Notes: generated from the sequence alone by a model not told the origin. Shown: positions 41,373 to 50,239, counted from the stretch's first letter. The stretch is DNA of 64,000 bases from an uncultured Rikenellaceae bacterium (GCA_947040435.1 CAMRBL010000001.1:8440-72439), one strand, 5' to 3'. Numbers and translations are program-made.

Positions 41373-42344
41373 ATGTTGATTAATAGTAAAGAGCTTCGAA
41401 TTGTGTATATGGGAACTCCTGAGTTTGCGGTTGAACCTTTAAAGCGTCTAGTGGAAGAGGGTTATAATATCGTTGGTGTGGTAACTACACCTGATAAACC
41501 AGCTGGTCGAGGATTAAAAGTACATGAGTCAGCAGTTAAACAGTATGCAGTATCACAAGGCTTGCTTGTACTACAACCTATAAAGCTAAAAGACGAGGAG
41601 TTTGTAGCACAATTCAAGGCATTGAATGCTGATTTAGGGGTTGTTATTGCCTTCCGCATGCTTCCGCAGATAATATGGGATGCACCAAAATTGGGAACGT
41701 TTAACCTTCACGCATCACTGTTACCTGATTACAGAGGAGCGGCACCAATAAATTGGGCTATTATTAACGGAGGGACTAAGAGTGGTGTGACAACATTCTT
41801 TTTGAATGACGAGATTGACAAAGGGGACATTATTGCTCAAACAGAGGTTGATATAACTCCTTCGGACAATGCAGGAACTCTACATGATAAATTAATGTGG
41901 AGTGGTGTCGAGTTGGTGACTGAGACTATTAACATTATCTCATCAGGGAAAGTAAAACTTACGAATCAAGATAAATGCTCTACTGAAATTAAACTTGCGC
42001 CAAAGATATTTAAAGAGGATTGTTTGATAGATTGGGCTAAAGATGTAGAGCTTATACACAACCACATAAGAGGACTTAGTCCCTATCCTGCAGCGTGGGG
42101 GCAGATGTGGGAGATGGGTTCAAACACTCTAATTCAAGTGAAAATATACGAGTCAACGTATGAGGTAGATTACGAGCTTAAACACTCTAGTGGGGAAATT
42201 ATTACTGATGGACGCACTTTCTTTAAGGTTGCTTGTGGAAACGGATATCTAACCATTGAAGAGTTGCAGATGGCAGGAAAAAAAAGAATGAGTATTGGTG
42301 ATTTCTTACGAGGATTTAAAGGTCTAGAATCATACAGTTTCTAA
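41373..42344 (+). CDS. fmt: Methionyl-tRNA formyltransferase
   Basis: LRIVYMGTPEFAV, NLHASLLPDYRGAAPINWAIING and a C-terminal Fmt domain. Confidence 0.95.
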   Translation: MLINSKELRIVYMGTPEFAVEPLKRLVEEGYNIVGVVTTPDKPAGRGLKVHESAVKQYAVSQGLLVLQPIKLKDEEFVAQFKALNADLGVVIAFRMLPQIIWDAPKLGTFNLHASLLPDYRGAAPINWAIINGGTKSGVTTFFLNDEIDKGDIIAQTEVDITPSDNAGTLHDKLMWSGVELVTETINIISSGKVKLTNQDKCSTEIKLAPKIFKEDCLIDWAKDVELIHNHIRGLSPYPAAWGQMWEMGSNTLIQVKIYESTYEVDYELKHSSGEIITDGRTFFKVACGNGYLTIEELQMAGKKRMSIGDFLRGFKGLESYSF

Positions 42345-42356
42345 TAATACAATTAC

Positions 42357-42402
42357 GAAAACGTAGTTTTCAAAGAAGTTTGATTAAACTTTTCAAAGTT
42401 TA
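42357..42402. repeat. Degenerate copy of the palindromic element, grading into the tandem array
   Basis: GAAAACGTAGTTTTCAAAGAAGTTTGATTAAACTTTTCAAAGTTTA. The left arm matches the 56041 element with one change; the right arm is replaced by a TAAACTTTTCAAAGTTTA hairpin that resembles the hairpin of the array unit. Confidence 0.55.
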
Positions 42403-42425
42403 TTGCCAAAGGCAGTTTGTAGTCT

Positions 42426-42627
42426 AGTTTGACGGAACTGCCTACGGCGTGAAACTTTAAAAAGTTTCATCAAATTTTTGGAGATGGGAGTTTGACGGAA
42501 CTGCCTACGGCGTGAAACTTTAGAAAGTTTCATCAAATTTTTGGAGAGTGAGTTTGACAGAACTGCCTACGGCGTGAAACTTTAGAAAGTTTCATCAAAT
42601 TTTTGGAGATGGGAGTTTGATAGAACT
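42426..42627. repeat. Tandem direct repeat, 62-63 bp unit x 3.2 copies, each unit containing a hairpin plus T-tract
   Basis: Units start at 42426, 42489, 42551 and 42614 (partial): AGTTTGACGGAACTGCCTACGGCGTGAAACTTTA(A/G)AAAGTTTCATCAAATTTTTGGAGA(TGG/GT)G. Only a few substitutions separate the copies. Confidence 0.9.
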
Positions 42628-42630
42628 TTT

Positions 42631-43998
42631 TTATAGTTTATTCTCAAAGGCAGACAAAGCAGCTTCATACTCAAGATCTGGTTCAATTATCCAACCTCCT
42701 TGCTGATTAATATATCCATACTTACCTCCACTTTTCACTAAAGCAGCACCAGTTTTTTTACGCATATTACCAGCCATCTCATATTGAGGCTCAATAACCA
42801 TATCACCTTTTTTATTGATATAGCCCCACCTTCCACCAACTTCAACGGCAGCAAGGTTATTACTGAAATGTTTAATTTTTGTGGCCCAATTACAATTTAT
42901 AATCTGTCGTCCATTGACATCTATATATTGCCATGCACCACCGAGATTTACTGCGGCTAGACCATCTCTAAACTCATGCGCAGTATCAAATATTGGTTCA
43001 ATGAGTACCTCCCCACTCTCACTCATGTATCCCCATTTACTACACTTATTAAATACAACAAACTCTTGATCTATCTCAGTAATTGGCTTCTGCTGCAAAT
43101 TACAGACTAAATTATATATATTATCTATATCAGGAGTTGAAGACAATAACGCCTCGGCAATCTGAAACAACCCGAATTCACCATTATCAATAAAGGTATG
43201 TTTTATATCATTATATTTTTGCGAGCGGTTAGCAAAAATATCTGCTGGAAGAAAAAGACAACAATCACCACCCTTATCTTTGTCATATATAGTTGTATCA
43301 AGGACTAAAACCCCAAGTATTGTTGCAATCATTGCAATAGAATAATCATCAATACTTTTATTGAAATAGTCCCGATCTCTCAAAGGGTGTTGATAGCCTG
43401 GTGTTCCAATTTCATCTGTGTTATCTCCTGCAAATGCTGGGATATACACCGCATCAAGATCTATTAATGTAAGGCCATCTTGTGTGACAATAATATTTTC
43501 AGGTTTAATATCTCCATGTGCCCACTCTTGTTTGAGTAACCACAAACTTAGCTCAATAAACTTACCGTACAACCACTCTAAACGTGGTTTATCCTCCATG
43601 AGTGCTGATCTTTTTATGGCAGTATTAAGAGTCATCCCCTCTTGCCACTCAGCAATACTAACATCTCTGTATGAGCTATTTCCTGTGATATCATAAACAT
43701 ATATCTCATCCTTTAGCCACGCCTCTTTTGCAAGATAAGGAGTATTAACATTAGATAGATATTGAGAAGTAAGTTCATTTCTCAACGCATTTTTCAGATA
43801 ACATTTGAGTCGTTTTTTAGTTCCGTTTTCAATGATCGGAAACACCACTGATTTATTTCCACAATACAACTCAATATCACCTCTCATATCAGTGCAACAC
43901 CCCATAACATTAAGAGTGCGAAATAACCCGTATGGGTTATTCACACTCTCTATATAGTTTGTAACTGGTATTTGAATATTTGTACTACTCCTCACCAT
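42631..43998 (-). CDS. Atypical Hanks-type protein kinase domain fused to C-terminal WG (KWG-like) beta-repeats
   Basis: Catalytic loop HGDIKPENIIV, DLD in place of DFG, GTPGYQHP activation-segment end, and no Gly-rich loop. Four C-terminal repeats: WGYMSESGEVLIEPIFD, WQYIDVNGRQII, WGYINKKGDMVIEPQYE, YGYINQQGGWIIEP. Confidence 0.7.
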   Translation of the reverse strand: MVRSSTNIQIPVTNYIESVNNPYGLFRTLNVMGCCTDMRGDIELYCGNKSVVFPIIENGTKKRLKCYLKNALRNELTSQYLSNVNTPYLAKEAWLKDEIYVYDITGNSSYRDVSIAEWQEGMTLNTAIKRSALMEDKPRLEWLYGKFIELSLWLLKQEWAHGDIKPENIIVTQDGLTLIDLDAVYIPAFAGDNTDEIGTPGYQHPLRDRDYFNKSIDDYSIAMIATILGVLVLDTTIYDKDKGGDCCLFLPADIFANRSQKYNDIKHTFIDNGEFGLFQIAEALLSSTPDIDNIYNLVCNLQQKPITEIDQEFVVFNKCSKWGYMSESGEVLIEPIFDTAHEFRDGLAAVNLGGAWQYIDVNGRQIINCNWATKIKHFSNNLAAVEVGGRWGYINKKGDMVIEPQYEMAGNMRKKTGAALVKSGGKYGYINQQGGWIIEPDLEYEAALSAFENKL

Positions 43999-44027
43999 TT
44001 ATCACACTGTATTTGATCTAGCTACGT

Positions 44028-45092
44028 TTATTTATTCATTATCTCATTCTGACGACTAATACTCTCAAGGTGAATTGCCTCAAGAATAGTGCGAATAAAT
44101 GGCTCGCTTAGATTCAGTTTCTTAGAGCCAACTACTTTATCAACAATATTATTCCAACGTCCACCCTGAAGAATAGCTACGTTATTATCTCTTTTCAGCG
44201 CACCAATTTTATCTGCAACTTGCATACGTTGGTTCAACAAATAGAAGAGCTCAGAGTCAATTTGGTCAATCTGTTGTCTGTTATTATCAAGCTCTTTCAG
44301 GTAATCTGCCGAGTCAACAGAGTCTGCTCTCCAATTAATTGAGCTAATCAACTCTCCCATCTCTTCAGGAACAATCTGCTGTGCAGCATCACTTAGTGCC
44401 TCTGAAGGACAGATATGACTCTCAAGAATCAAACCATCAAATCTTAAATCGGCAGCTTGTTGTGAAACTTCATGAAGAAGTTCGCTACATCCACAAATAT
44501 GCGACGGATCACAAATCATAGGCATATCAGGGAATCTATTTCTCATCTCAACAACTAAATGCCACATTGGCGAGTTTCTGAATTTACTGTTTCCGAAATG
44601 AGAGAATCCTCTATGTATAAGTCCAATGTTATTTATGTCAATACCTACATTTGTAAGTCTCGCCACAGCACCTGCCCATAAATCTATATCTGGATGCATT
44701 GGGTTTTTGATAAGTATAGTTTTATCTGTACCTCTTAATGCGTCAGCAATATCTTGAACACTAAATGGATTAACCGTTGTACGTGCTCCGATCCAAAGAA
44801 TATCAACATCAAACTCTAGTGCATTCTCAACATGCTTTGACGTAGCAACCTCTACTGCAATTGGAAGACCTGTTATCTCTCTAGCTTTAGCCAACCAAGC
44901 CAAACCCTTTATACCTACACCCTCAAATGATCCTGGTTTTGTACGAGGTTTCCATATTCCCGCACGAAGGACATCAATTTTTCCCGTTGCTGCAAGTCTT
45001 TTGCACGTCTCTAATGTCTGCTCTTCTGTCTCCGCACTACAAGGACCTGATATTATTAAAGGTCTTTTTGCCTTTAGGTTAAATTTTTCCAT
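44028..45092 (-). CDS. Bifunctional 3-deoxy-7-phosphoheptulonate (DAHP) synthase / chorismate mutase type II
   Basis: N-terminal class I-beta DAHPS/KDO8PS-like TIM barrel (…PLIISGPCSAE…LRAGIWKPRT…) and a C-terminal CM_2 helix bundle (…IDQIDSELFYLLNQRMQVADKIGALK…). Confidence 0.85.
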   Translation of the reverse strand: MEKFNLKAKRPLIISGPCSAETEEQTLETCKRLAATGKIDVLRAGIWKPRTKPGSFEGVGIKGLAWLAKAREITGLPIAVEVATSKHVENALEFDVDILWIGARTTVNPFSVQDIADALRGTDKTILIKNPMHPDIDLWAGAVARLTNVGIDINNIGLIHRGFSHFGNSKFRNSPMWHLVVEMRNRFPDMPMICDPSHICGCSELLHEVSQQAADLRFDGLILESHICPSEALSDAAQQIVPEEMGELISSINWRADSVDSADYLKELDNNRQQIDQIDSELFYLLNQRMQVADKIGALKRDNNVAILQGGRWNNIVDKVVGSKKLNLSEPFIRTILEAIHLESISRQNEIMNK

Positions 45093-45106
45093 TACTTCTA
45101 TTTTAA

Positions 45107-45949
45107 TTATTTTAATATTCTAGTTATTGTATTAGCCTTAGTCATTATATCCGTAAGACCCTTTATATCATCTTTTTCTAGCAATTTTCTGAAAATTTGT
45201 AGCTGGTGAATATGCTCCCTTAACACCTCTAATATATTGTATTTGTTCTGCGATAAGATTGGAACCCATGTCTTAGGAGAACTCTTCGCCAAACGCACCG
45301 TACTCTCAAAACCTCCACCTGCGAGGTCAAAGATATGCTCCTCTTCACGCTCTTTCTCAAGAACAGTTAGTGCCAAAGCAAAAGATGTGATGTGAGATAT
45401 ATGAGAAATGTATGCAGAGTGCATATCCTGCTCCTCAGAGCTCATATATTTTGGTCGCATACCTATTTTCACATACATATCTACCACTGTTGCTAAGGCA
45501 TCTTCAGCACTTAACTCCTTGTCGCAAATAACAACCGTTCTTCCAGTAAATGCACCCTTCACAGCGGACTCTGGACCACTATGCTCTGTACCCCACATAG
45601 GGTGAGTTGCGACATACCTATCTCTATTGGGATGAAGTGCGATAATCTCACTTAATTCACTCTTTATAGAGCCCATATCCATTACGATCTGCTGCTTACT
45701 TATCTTATTAAGTAGCTTAACTGAAAGAATTGGAATCGAGTCTACGGGGGTTGCTATAACGATTAAGTCGGCACATTCAATAGCCTCCTCAATAGTCACC
45801 ATCCTATCTACTAACCCTAATTCCAGAGCTTTCTTTCTATTTATATCTGAGTTATCAACTCCTAGTATAGTATTACTTATGTTGTTGTCTCTGAGACTCA
45901 ATGCGAATGAACCTCCAATAAGACCTATACCAATAATCGCTGTTATCAT
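45107..45949 (-). CDS. tyrA: Prephenate dehydrogenase
   Basis: Rossmann motif IIGIGLIGGSFA, …ATHPMWGTEHSG… and operon context. Confidence 0.8.
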   Translation of the reverse strand: MITAIIGIGLIGGSFALSLRDNNISNTILGVDNSDINRKKALELGLVDRMVTIEEAIECADLIVIATPVDSIPILSVKLLNKISKQQIVMDMGSIKSELSEIIALHPNRDRYVATHPMWGTEHSGPESAVKGAFTGRTVVICDKELSAEDALATVVDMYVKIGMRPKYMSSEEQDMHSAYISHISHITSFALALTVLEKEREEEHIFDLAGGGFESTVRLAKSSPKTWVPILSQNKYNILEVLREHIHQLQIFRKLLEKDDIKGLTDIMTKANTITRILK

Positions 45950-47130
45950 TATCGTTTAAAATTTTCCTTTATTTTTCTTATTGCACTCTCTATAACCTGC
46001 TCCGTTGCACATAGAGATATTCTTATGTAACGCTCTCCCTCACTTCCAAATATTCCTCCAGGGGTGACAAACACTCCACAATTATAGAGAATATTATCAG
46101 AAAAATCGTAGCAATCACCCTCAAAATCTTCAGGTAGCTCTGCCCACACGAATAGCCCAGCCTGCCCTGCTCTATACTTACACCCCAGTACATCAAGTAG
46201 TTCGTAACCTTTAGACTCTCTAGCATAGTAAGTAGAATTTAACTCCTCATACCAATCATCGCCAAGGTTAAGGGCAACAGCCGCAGCCTCTTGCATCGGA
46301 AGAAACATTCCTGAATCCATATTACTCTTAAAACGAATAATATCTTCAATTCGCTCCTTTGCTCCGATAATAGCTCCAACTCTCCATCCAGCCATATTAT
46401 GACTCTTACTCAGTGAGTTCAACTCAATAGCGACATCTTTAGCCCCCTCAATAGAGAGTAGACTCATAGGTTTATCGTTTCTCACAAAGCTATATGGATT
46501 ATCGTGCACCAATAGGATGTTATGCCTCTTTGCAAACTCAACAAGTTTTTCAAACAACTCCTCCGTTGGCTTCGCACCAGTAGGCATTTGCGGATAGTTG
46601 ACAATCATCATCTTCACGCCGTCAAGACCATCACGCTCCATCTTTTCGAAATTAGGAAACCAATCATTTTTCGCAGATAGCTTATAATCGACACAAATAC
46701 CCGAAGATATTGTAACTGCAGAGCGATATGTTGGGTACCCAGGATTTGGGATTAACACTTTGTCTCCCTTATCAAGGTAGGTCATACATATGTGCATAAG
46801 CCCCTCTTTCGAACCGATAAGTGGAAGTATCTCACTGCTAGGATTCAACTCTACGTTATATCTATTACGATACCAACTAGCAAAACCTTCACGCAGTACC
46901 GCTGCACCTTTATAAGGCTGATAAGCGTGTGTTGTACTCAATAGAGATGACTCTGTCAATTTAGATATAACAGTGTGGTGAGGAGGACGATCTGGAGAGC
47001 CGATCCCCAAACTTACAATCTCTCTACCCTCTGCTTTCAACTCCTCTATCTCTCTAAGTTTTCTTGAAAAATAGTACTCCCCTACTCCTGAGATGCGCTC
47101 TGATACATCTATTAATAAACCCTTATTCAT
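45949..47130 (-). CDS. Class I/II pyridoxal-phosphate aminotransferase (aromatic/prephenate aminotransferase by context)
   Basis: …NPGYPTY…, …NSLSKSHNMAGWRVG… PLP-Lys motif. The start at 47130 (MNKGLLIDV) leaves 4 nt after the pheA stop. Confidence 0.8.
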   Translation of the reverse strand: MNKGLLIDVSERISGVGEYYFSRKLREIEELKAEGREIVSLGIGSPDRPPHHTVISKLTESSLLSTTHAYQPYKGAAVLREGFASWYRNRYNVELNPSSEILPLIGSKEGLMHICMTYLDKGDKVLIPNPGYPTYRSAVTISSGICVDYKLSAKNDWFPNFEKMERDGLDGVKMMIVNYPQMPTGAKPTEELFEKLVEFAKRHNILLVHDNPYSFVRNDKPMSLLSIEGAKDVAIELNSLSKSHNMAGWRVGAIIGAKERIEDIIRFKSNMDSGMFLPMQEAAAVALNLGDDWYEELNSTYYARESKGYELLDVLGCKYRAGQAGLFVWAELPEDFEGDCYDFSDNILYNCGVFVTPGGIFGSEGERYIRISLCATEQVIESAIRKIKENFKR

Positions 47131-47134
47131 AATA

Positions 47135-47953
47135 TTATTCTCTATTACCTTTTTTATAAACACCGTAAACGTGCACCTCTTTTGCTGTTAATTGCAACTT
47201 ATTCAAAATTCTAATGTAATCATCCAAACACTCAAACTCCATATCAACATGAAACAGATAGCTCCAAGGCTCACTAGGAATTGGATATGATTGCAACTTT
47301 GAGAGGTTTATACTTGGATCATCCATCTGATTCAACACCTTTAGTAGTGATCCCTGCTTATGGTCTGTTTTAAAATATAGTGATGCTTTATTTGCATCTG
47401 AAGAGATATGGTGATCGTGTCTTTTAAGTATTACAAATCTAGTATAGTTATTTTTTATCGTATTAATCGCTGGCGCAATTATTTTCAACCCAAATAACTT
47501 CGCTGCCAGTGAACTAGCAATACCTGCTCTATTTCTGATCTTCTGTTCAGAGATAATTTGCGCACTTAAAGCAGTATCTTCACTCTCTACTAACTTCCAT
47601 TTGTGTGCATCTAAATAGTCAACACACTGCAAAAGTGCCATAGGATGTGAGTGAACCTCCTCTATATCTTCAAGCTCTACATCTGGCAGAACGACTAGAT
47701 TTTGCTCTATTGGCAAGTATGCCTCTCCGTCCACCTGCAATTGATTACTCTGAAGAATGCTGTAATTTGGGATAATACTCCCCGCAATTGAGTTCTCAAT
47801 TGCCATCACACCATAGTCCGCCTCACCCGTCTTTACTCTCCTTGCCAACTCACGGAAAGTTGCACAATATAGTGTGTTAATCTCATCTCCGAAGTACTCT
47901 CTTGCTACAATCTGGTGAAAACACCCTTCATAACCTTGTATTGCTATTTTCAT
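47135..47953 (-). CDS. pheA: Prephenate dehydratase
   Basis: MKIAIQGYEGCFHQ start, …ENSIAGSI… and a C-terminal ACT domain (…LSKLQSYPIP…). The track's extra 29 N-terminal codons run through the attenuator terminator and are rejected. Confidence 0.85.
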   Translation of the reverse strand: MKIAIQGYEGCFHQIVAREYFGDEINTLYCATFRELARRVKTGEADYGVMAIENSIAGSIIPNYSILQSNQLQVDGEAYLPIEQNLVVLPDVELEDIEEVHSHPMALLQCVDYLDAHKWKLVESEDTALSAQIISEQKIRNRAGIASSLAAKLFGLKIIAPAINTIKNNYTRFVILKRHDHHISSDANKASLYFKTDHKQGSLLKVLNQMDDPSINLSKLQSYPIPSEPWSYLFHVDMEFECLDDYIRILNKLQLTAKEVHVYGVYKKGNRE

Positions 47954-48019
47954 ATTTCTTATATTTTCACCTCTAAGTTCATCACTCTCTTCAGAAGATA
48001 TAACCCTAGAGGTATATGT

Positions 48020-48055
48020 AAAAAAAATCCCGATCATCATACTGAGACCGGGATT
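48020..48055 (-). terminator. Intrinsic terminator of the pheA-operon leader (attenuator)
   Basis: Minus strand: AAUCCCGGUC-ucaguaugau-GAUCGGGAUU, a 10-bp stem with one G.U, running into a U8 tract. It lies 66 nt upstream of the pheA ATG. Confidence 0.75.
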
Positions 48056-48089
48056 CTATACTATATTAGTTAAGATTTTATATGCTTGC

Positions 48090-48173
48090 TTATAAACACG
48101 CACCGCCCAGTTCAACTCTCATTTGAAAGTAGAAATAATAATAAAACTGAGTATAAAATGGCGAAAACATCAT
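48090..48173 (-). CDS. 27-aa Phe/Tyr-rich leader peptide MMFSPFYTQFYYYFYFQMRVELGGACL
   Basis: Hand translation of the minus strand; too short for the ORF track. Five F and five Y fall among residues 3-16, including the run FYYYFYF. It sits between a promoter and a terminator directly upstream of the Phe/Tyr biosynthesis operon. Confidence 0.7.
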   Translation of the reverse strand: MMFSPFYTQFYYYFYFQMRVELGGACL

Positions 48174-48217
48174 CTCCTTATCTATTGGTGTTGTTGTTGT
48201 GTTTAAAATATTCGGTA

Positions 48218-48250
48218 CAAATATAGGTATATTTTTTATTCTTATGCAAA
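48218..48250 (-). promoter_or_regulatory. Bacteroidota-type promoter TTTG-N21-TATATTTG driving the leader and pheA operon
   Basis: Minus strand TTTG (48250-48247) and TATATTTG (48225-18) with a 21-nt spacer, about 45 nt upstream of the leader ATG. Confidence 0.55.
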
Positions 48251-48328
48251 TTTACACTGCATTTTATTATATTTTTTTACCTCATATCAGCCTACATAAC
48301 AGCTAGAGGCGTAAAGTACATTCATCAA

Positions 48329-49147
48329 TTAATACAAATTATACTCCATACGACTAATGATACCATCTCTAGTCTCTATAAACTCAGGGTTATTTGGACT
48401 AAGTAAAATAGCTTTATCAACACTAGCAAGAGCCTCTTCAAATCTACTCTCTTGGATATATATATTTGCTATATTCTTGTACGTATCTGCTAAATTAGGA
48501 TTCAATTCCTTTGCTCGAACCAACTCCCTCATCGCATCAGTCAACTCTCCTTGCTTTATGTAGATATCTCCCCGATTACAGTATGACTCTGCCAAATTTG
48601 GTTTCAATTCAATAGATTTACTTAAATCAACTAGAGCCTCATCGTATCTACTCTGACTGGCGTACACTCCAGCTCGATTACAATACGCCTCAGCAATTTT
48701 AGGATTCAATTCAATAGCTCTATTCAAATCCGTTAGTGCTTCATCATATCTCTTTTGCACTAAGTATACTGCAGCTCTATTAGAGTAACCCACTGCAAAC
48801 TTAGGCATCAACTCTACGACTCTATTGAAATCAGTTAGTGCTTCGTCATATTTATTCTGCTTTAGATAGAAACCCCCACGATCTAGAGATACAAATACCG
48901 ATCTAGGCTTAATTTTTGCCAATTTAGTACACAATCGTATCCGTTTATTAGGATCACTCTCTTTCATTGCCAGCCTAATAACTAGAATTTGTTTTAGTTT
49001 CAGAAGCTCCATAACAATCAAGAAGCATATGATTCCAAATAATCCTAAACGTAATATAGAACTCCACAATGGTCCGCAACACTCCAAAGCATCTATTATA
49101 AATAGGACTGCAAGTAATACATATATATAAACCCATCTTCGCATCAT
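48329..49147 (-). CDS. Membrane-anchored tetratricopeptide repeat protein
   Basis: Two N-terminal TM helices, then about five near-identical TPR units (…YDEALTDLNRAIELNPK.AEAYCNRA…). Confidence 0.8.
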   Translation of the reverse strand: MMRRWVYIYVLLAVLFIIDALECCGPLWSSILRLGLFGIICFLIVMELLKLKQILVIRLAMKESDPNKRIRLCTKLAKIKPRSVFVSLDRGGFYLKQNKYDEALTDFNRVVELMPKFAVGYSNRAAVYLVQKRYDEALTDLNRAIELNPKIAEAYCNRAGVYASQSRYDEALVDLSKSIELKPNLAESYCNRGDIYIKQGELTDAMRELVRAKELNPNLADTYKNIANIYIQESRFEEALASVDKAILLSPNNPEFIETRDGIISRMEYNLY

Positions 49148-49289
49148 AATTAATACTCTTTTATATGTTAAGTAATAACCACAAGATACGAAAATAATTA
49201 CATGATAGCTCTACACAGAACAAGTTTAATTGTTTTTTACAATAGATTATCCACCAACAGAATTGCTACGTGGCTACAAGGAACACACT

Positions 49290-50231
49290 CTATTTATACA
49301 GTGCACCTTGGTATGTATCTCTCTCTTCAAGCCTTTTCTCTAACATTGACAAGAGCTGTTCGTTGCGGATAAGTCCCCAATTACGACCAAAATGGTAGCG
49401 TGGAGGAGCTTCACTTGCAAATCGCTCAACAACTAAATCTGGTCTAAGTCTCTCCAAAATATCTATAAATAGATCTATATATTGCGAAACCTCCCAATAC
49501 CGAAATTTCTCAGGATCAACAACATATTCATCTGCCATTGTTGTCCCCTTGAATATCTGTAATTGATGGAATTTAATGGTATCTAACGGTAATGAATTTA
49601 TTAATTCGACTTGGTCTATTAACATTTGATCCGTCTCTCCAGGAAGTCCTAATATGAAGTGTGCACCAGAGTGCAAGCCTCTCTCAGCGGTCATCTCGAT
49701 AGCTCGTTTTGCACACTCAAAGTCATGTCCTCTATTAATATCCTTCAACGTAGCATCATAACACGACTCTACACCATATTCGATAGTGACGTAGTACTTT
49801 TTTGCCAACTCAGCAAAGTAGTCTAATTTCTCTTCATCCACACAATCGGGTCTAGTTCCTATAACTAACCCCGTAATCATTGGGTGGGTAAGTGCCTCAT
49901 CATATATCTTTTTCAACTGCTCAAGTGGCGCATGTGTATTTGAAAAAGATTGAAAGTATGCTAGAAACTTCTCGGCTTTTCTATATCGATTGAGGTGAAA
50001 CTCAATACCCTCTTCAATCTGTTTTGTTACCCTCTTATCGGTTGTACAATAGGATGGAGTAAACGCCTCATTATTACAAAACGTACACCCTCCATGCGCT
50101 AACGTTCCATCTCTATTAGGGCAGGTAAACCCTGCATTTACAGATAATTTCTGAACACGACAACCGAACACTCTCTTGAAATATCCCGAATAACTATTAA
50201 ATCGTCTAACACCGCCCCAAGCATACTCCAT
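49290..50231 (-). CDS. TIGR01212-family radical SAM protein
   Basis: N-terminus …YFKRVFGCRVQKLSVNAGFTCPNRDGT…GGCTFCN… is the hallmark of this family. Confidence 0.8.
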   Translation of the reverse strand: MEYAWGGVRRFNSYSGYFKRVFGCRVQKLSVNAGFTCPNRDGTLAHGGCTFCNNEAFTPSYCTTDKRVTKQIEEGIEFHLNRYRKAEKFLAYFQSFSNTHAPLEQLKKIYDEALTHPMITGLVIGTRPDCVDEEKLDYFAELAKKYYVTIEYGVESCYDATLKDINRGHDFECAKRAIEMTAERGLHSGAHFILGLPGETDQMLIDQVELINSLPLDTIKFHQLQIFKGTTMADEYVVDPEKFRYWEVSQYIDLFIDILERLRPDLVVERFASEAPPRYHFGRNWGLIRNEQLLSMLEKRLEERDTYQGALYK

Positions 50232-50239
50232 ATATAATA

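Noticed and set aside
42426-42627. Whether the tandem repeat array could be a CRISPR array.
   Set aside because: The whole 62-63 bp unit repeats head-to-tail with no unique spacers between repeats, and no cas genes are in the window.
47954-48040. N-terminal extension of the pheA ORF in the track (29 extra codons). Similar 5' extensions affect sufS (17089), mtaB (37662), the SPOR-like protein (34019), the aminotransferase (47163) and the large TPR protein (56058).
   Set aside because: The extensions run through a terminator, a palindromic element or the preceding gene. Internal ATGs give canonical N-termini or signal peptides.
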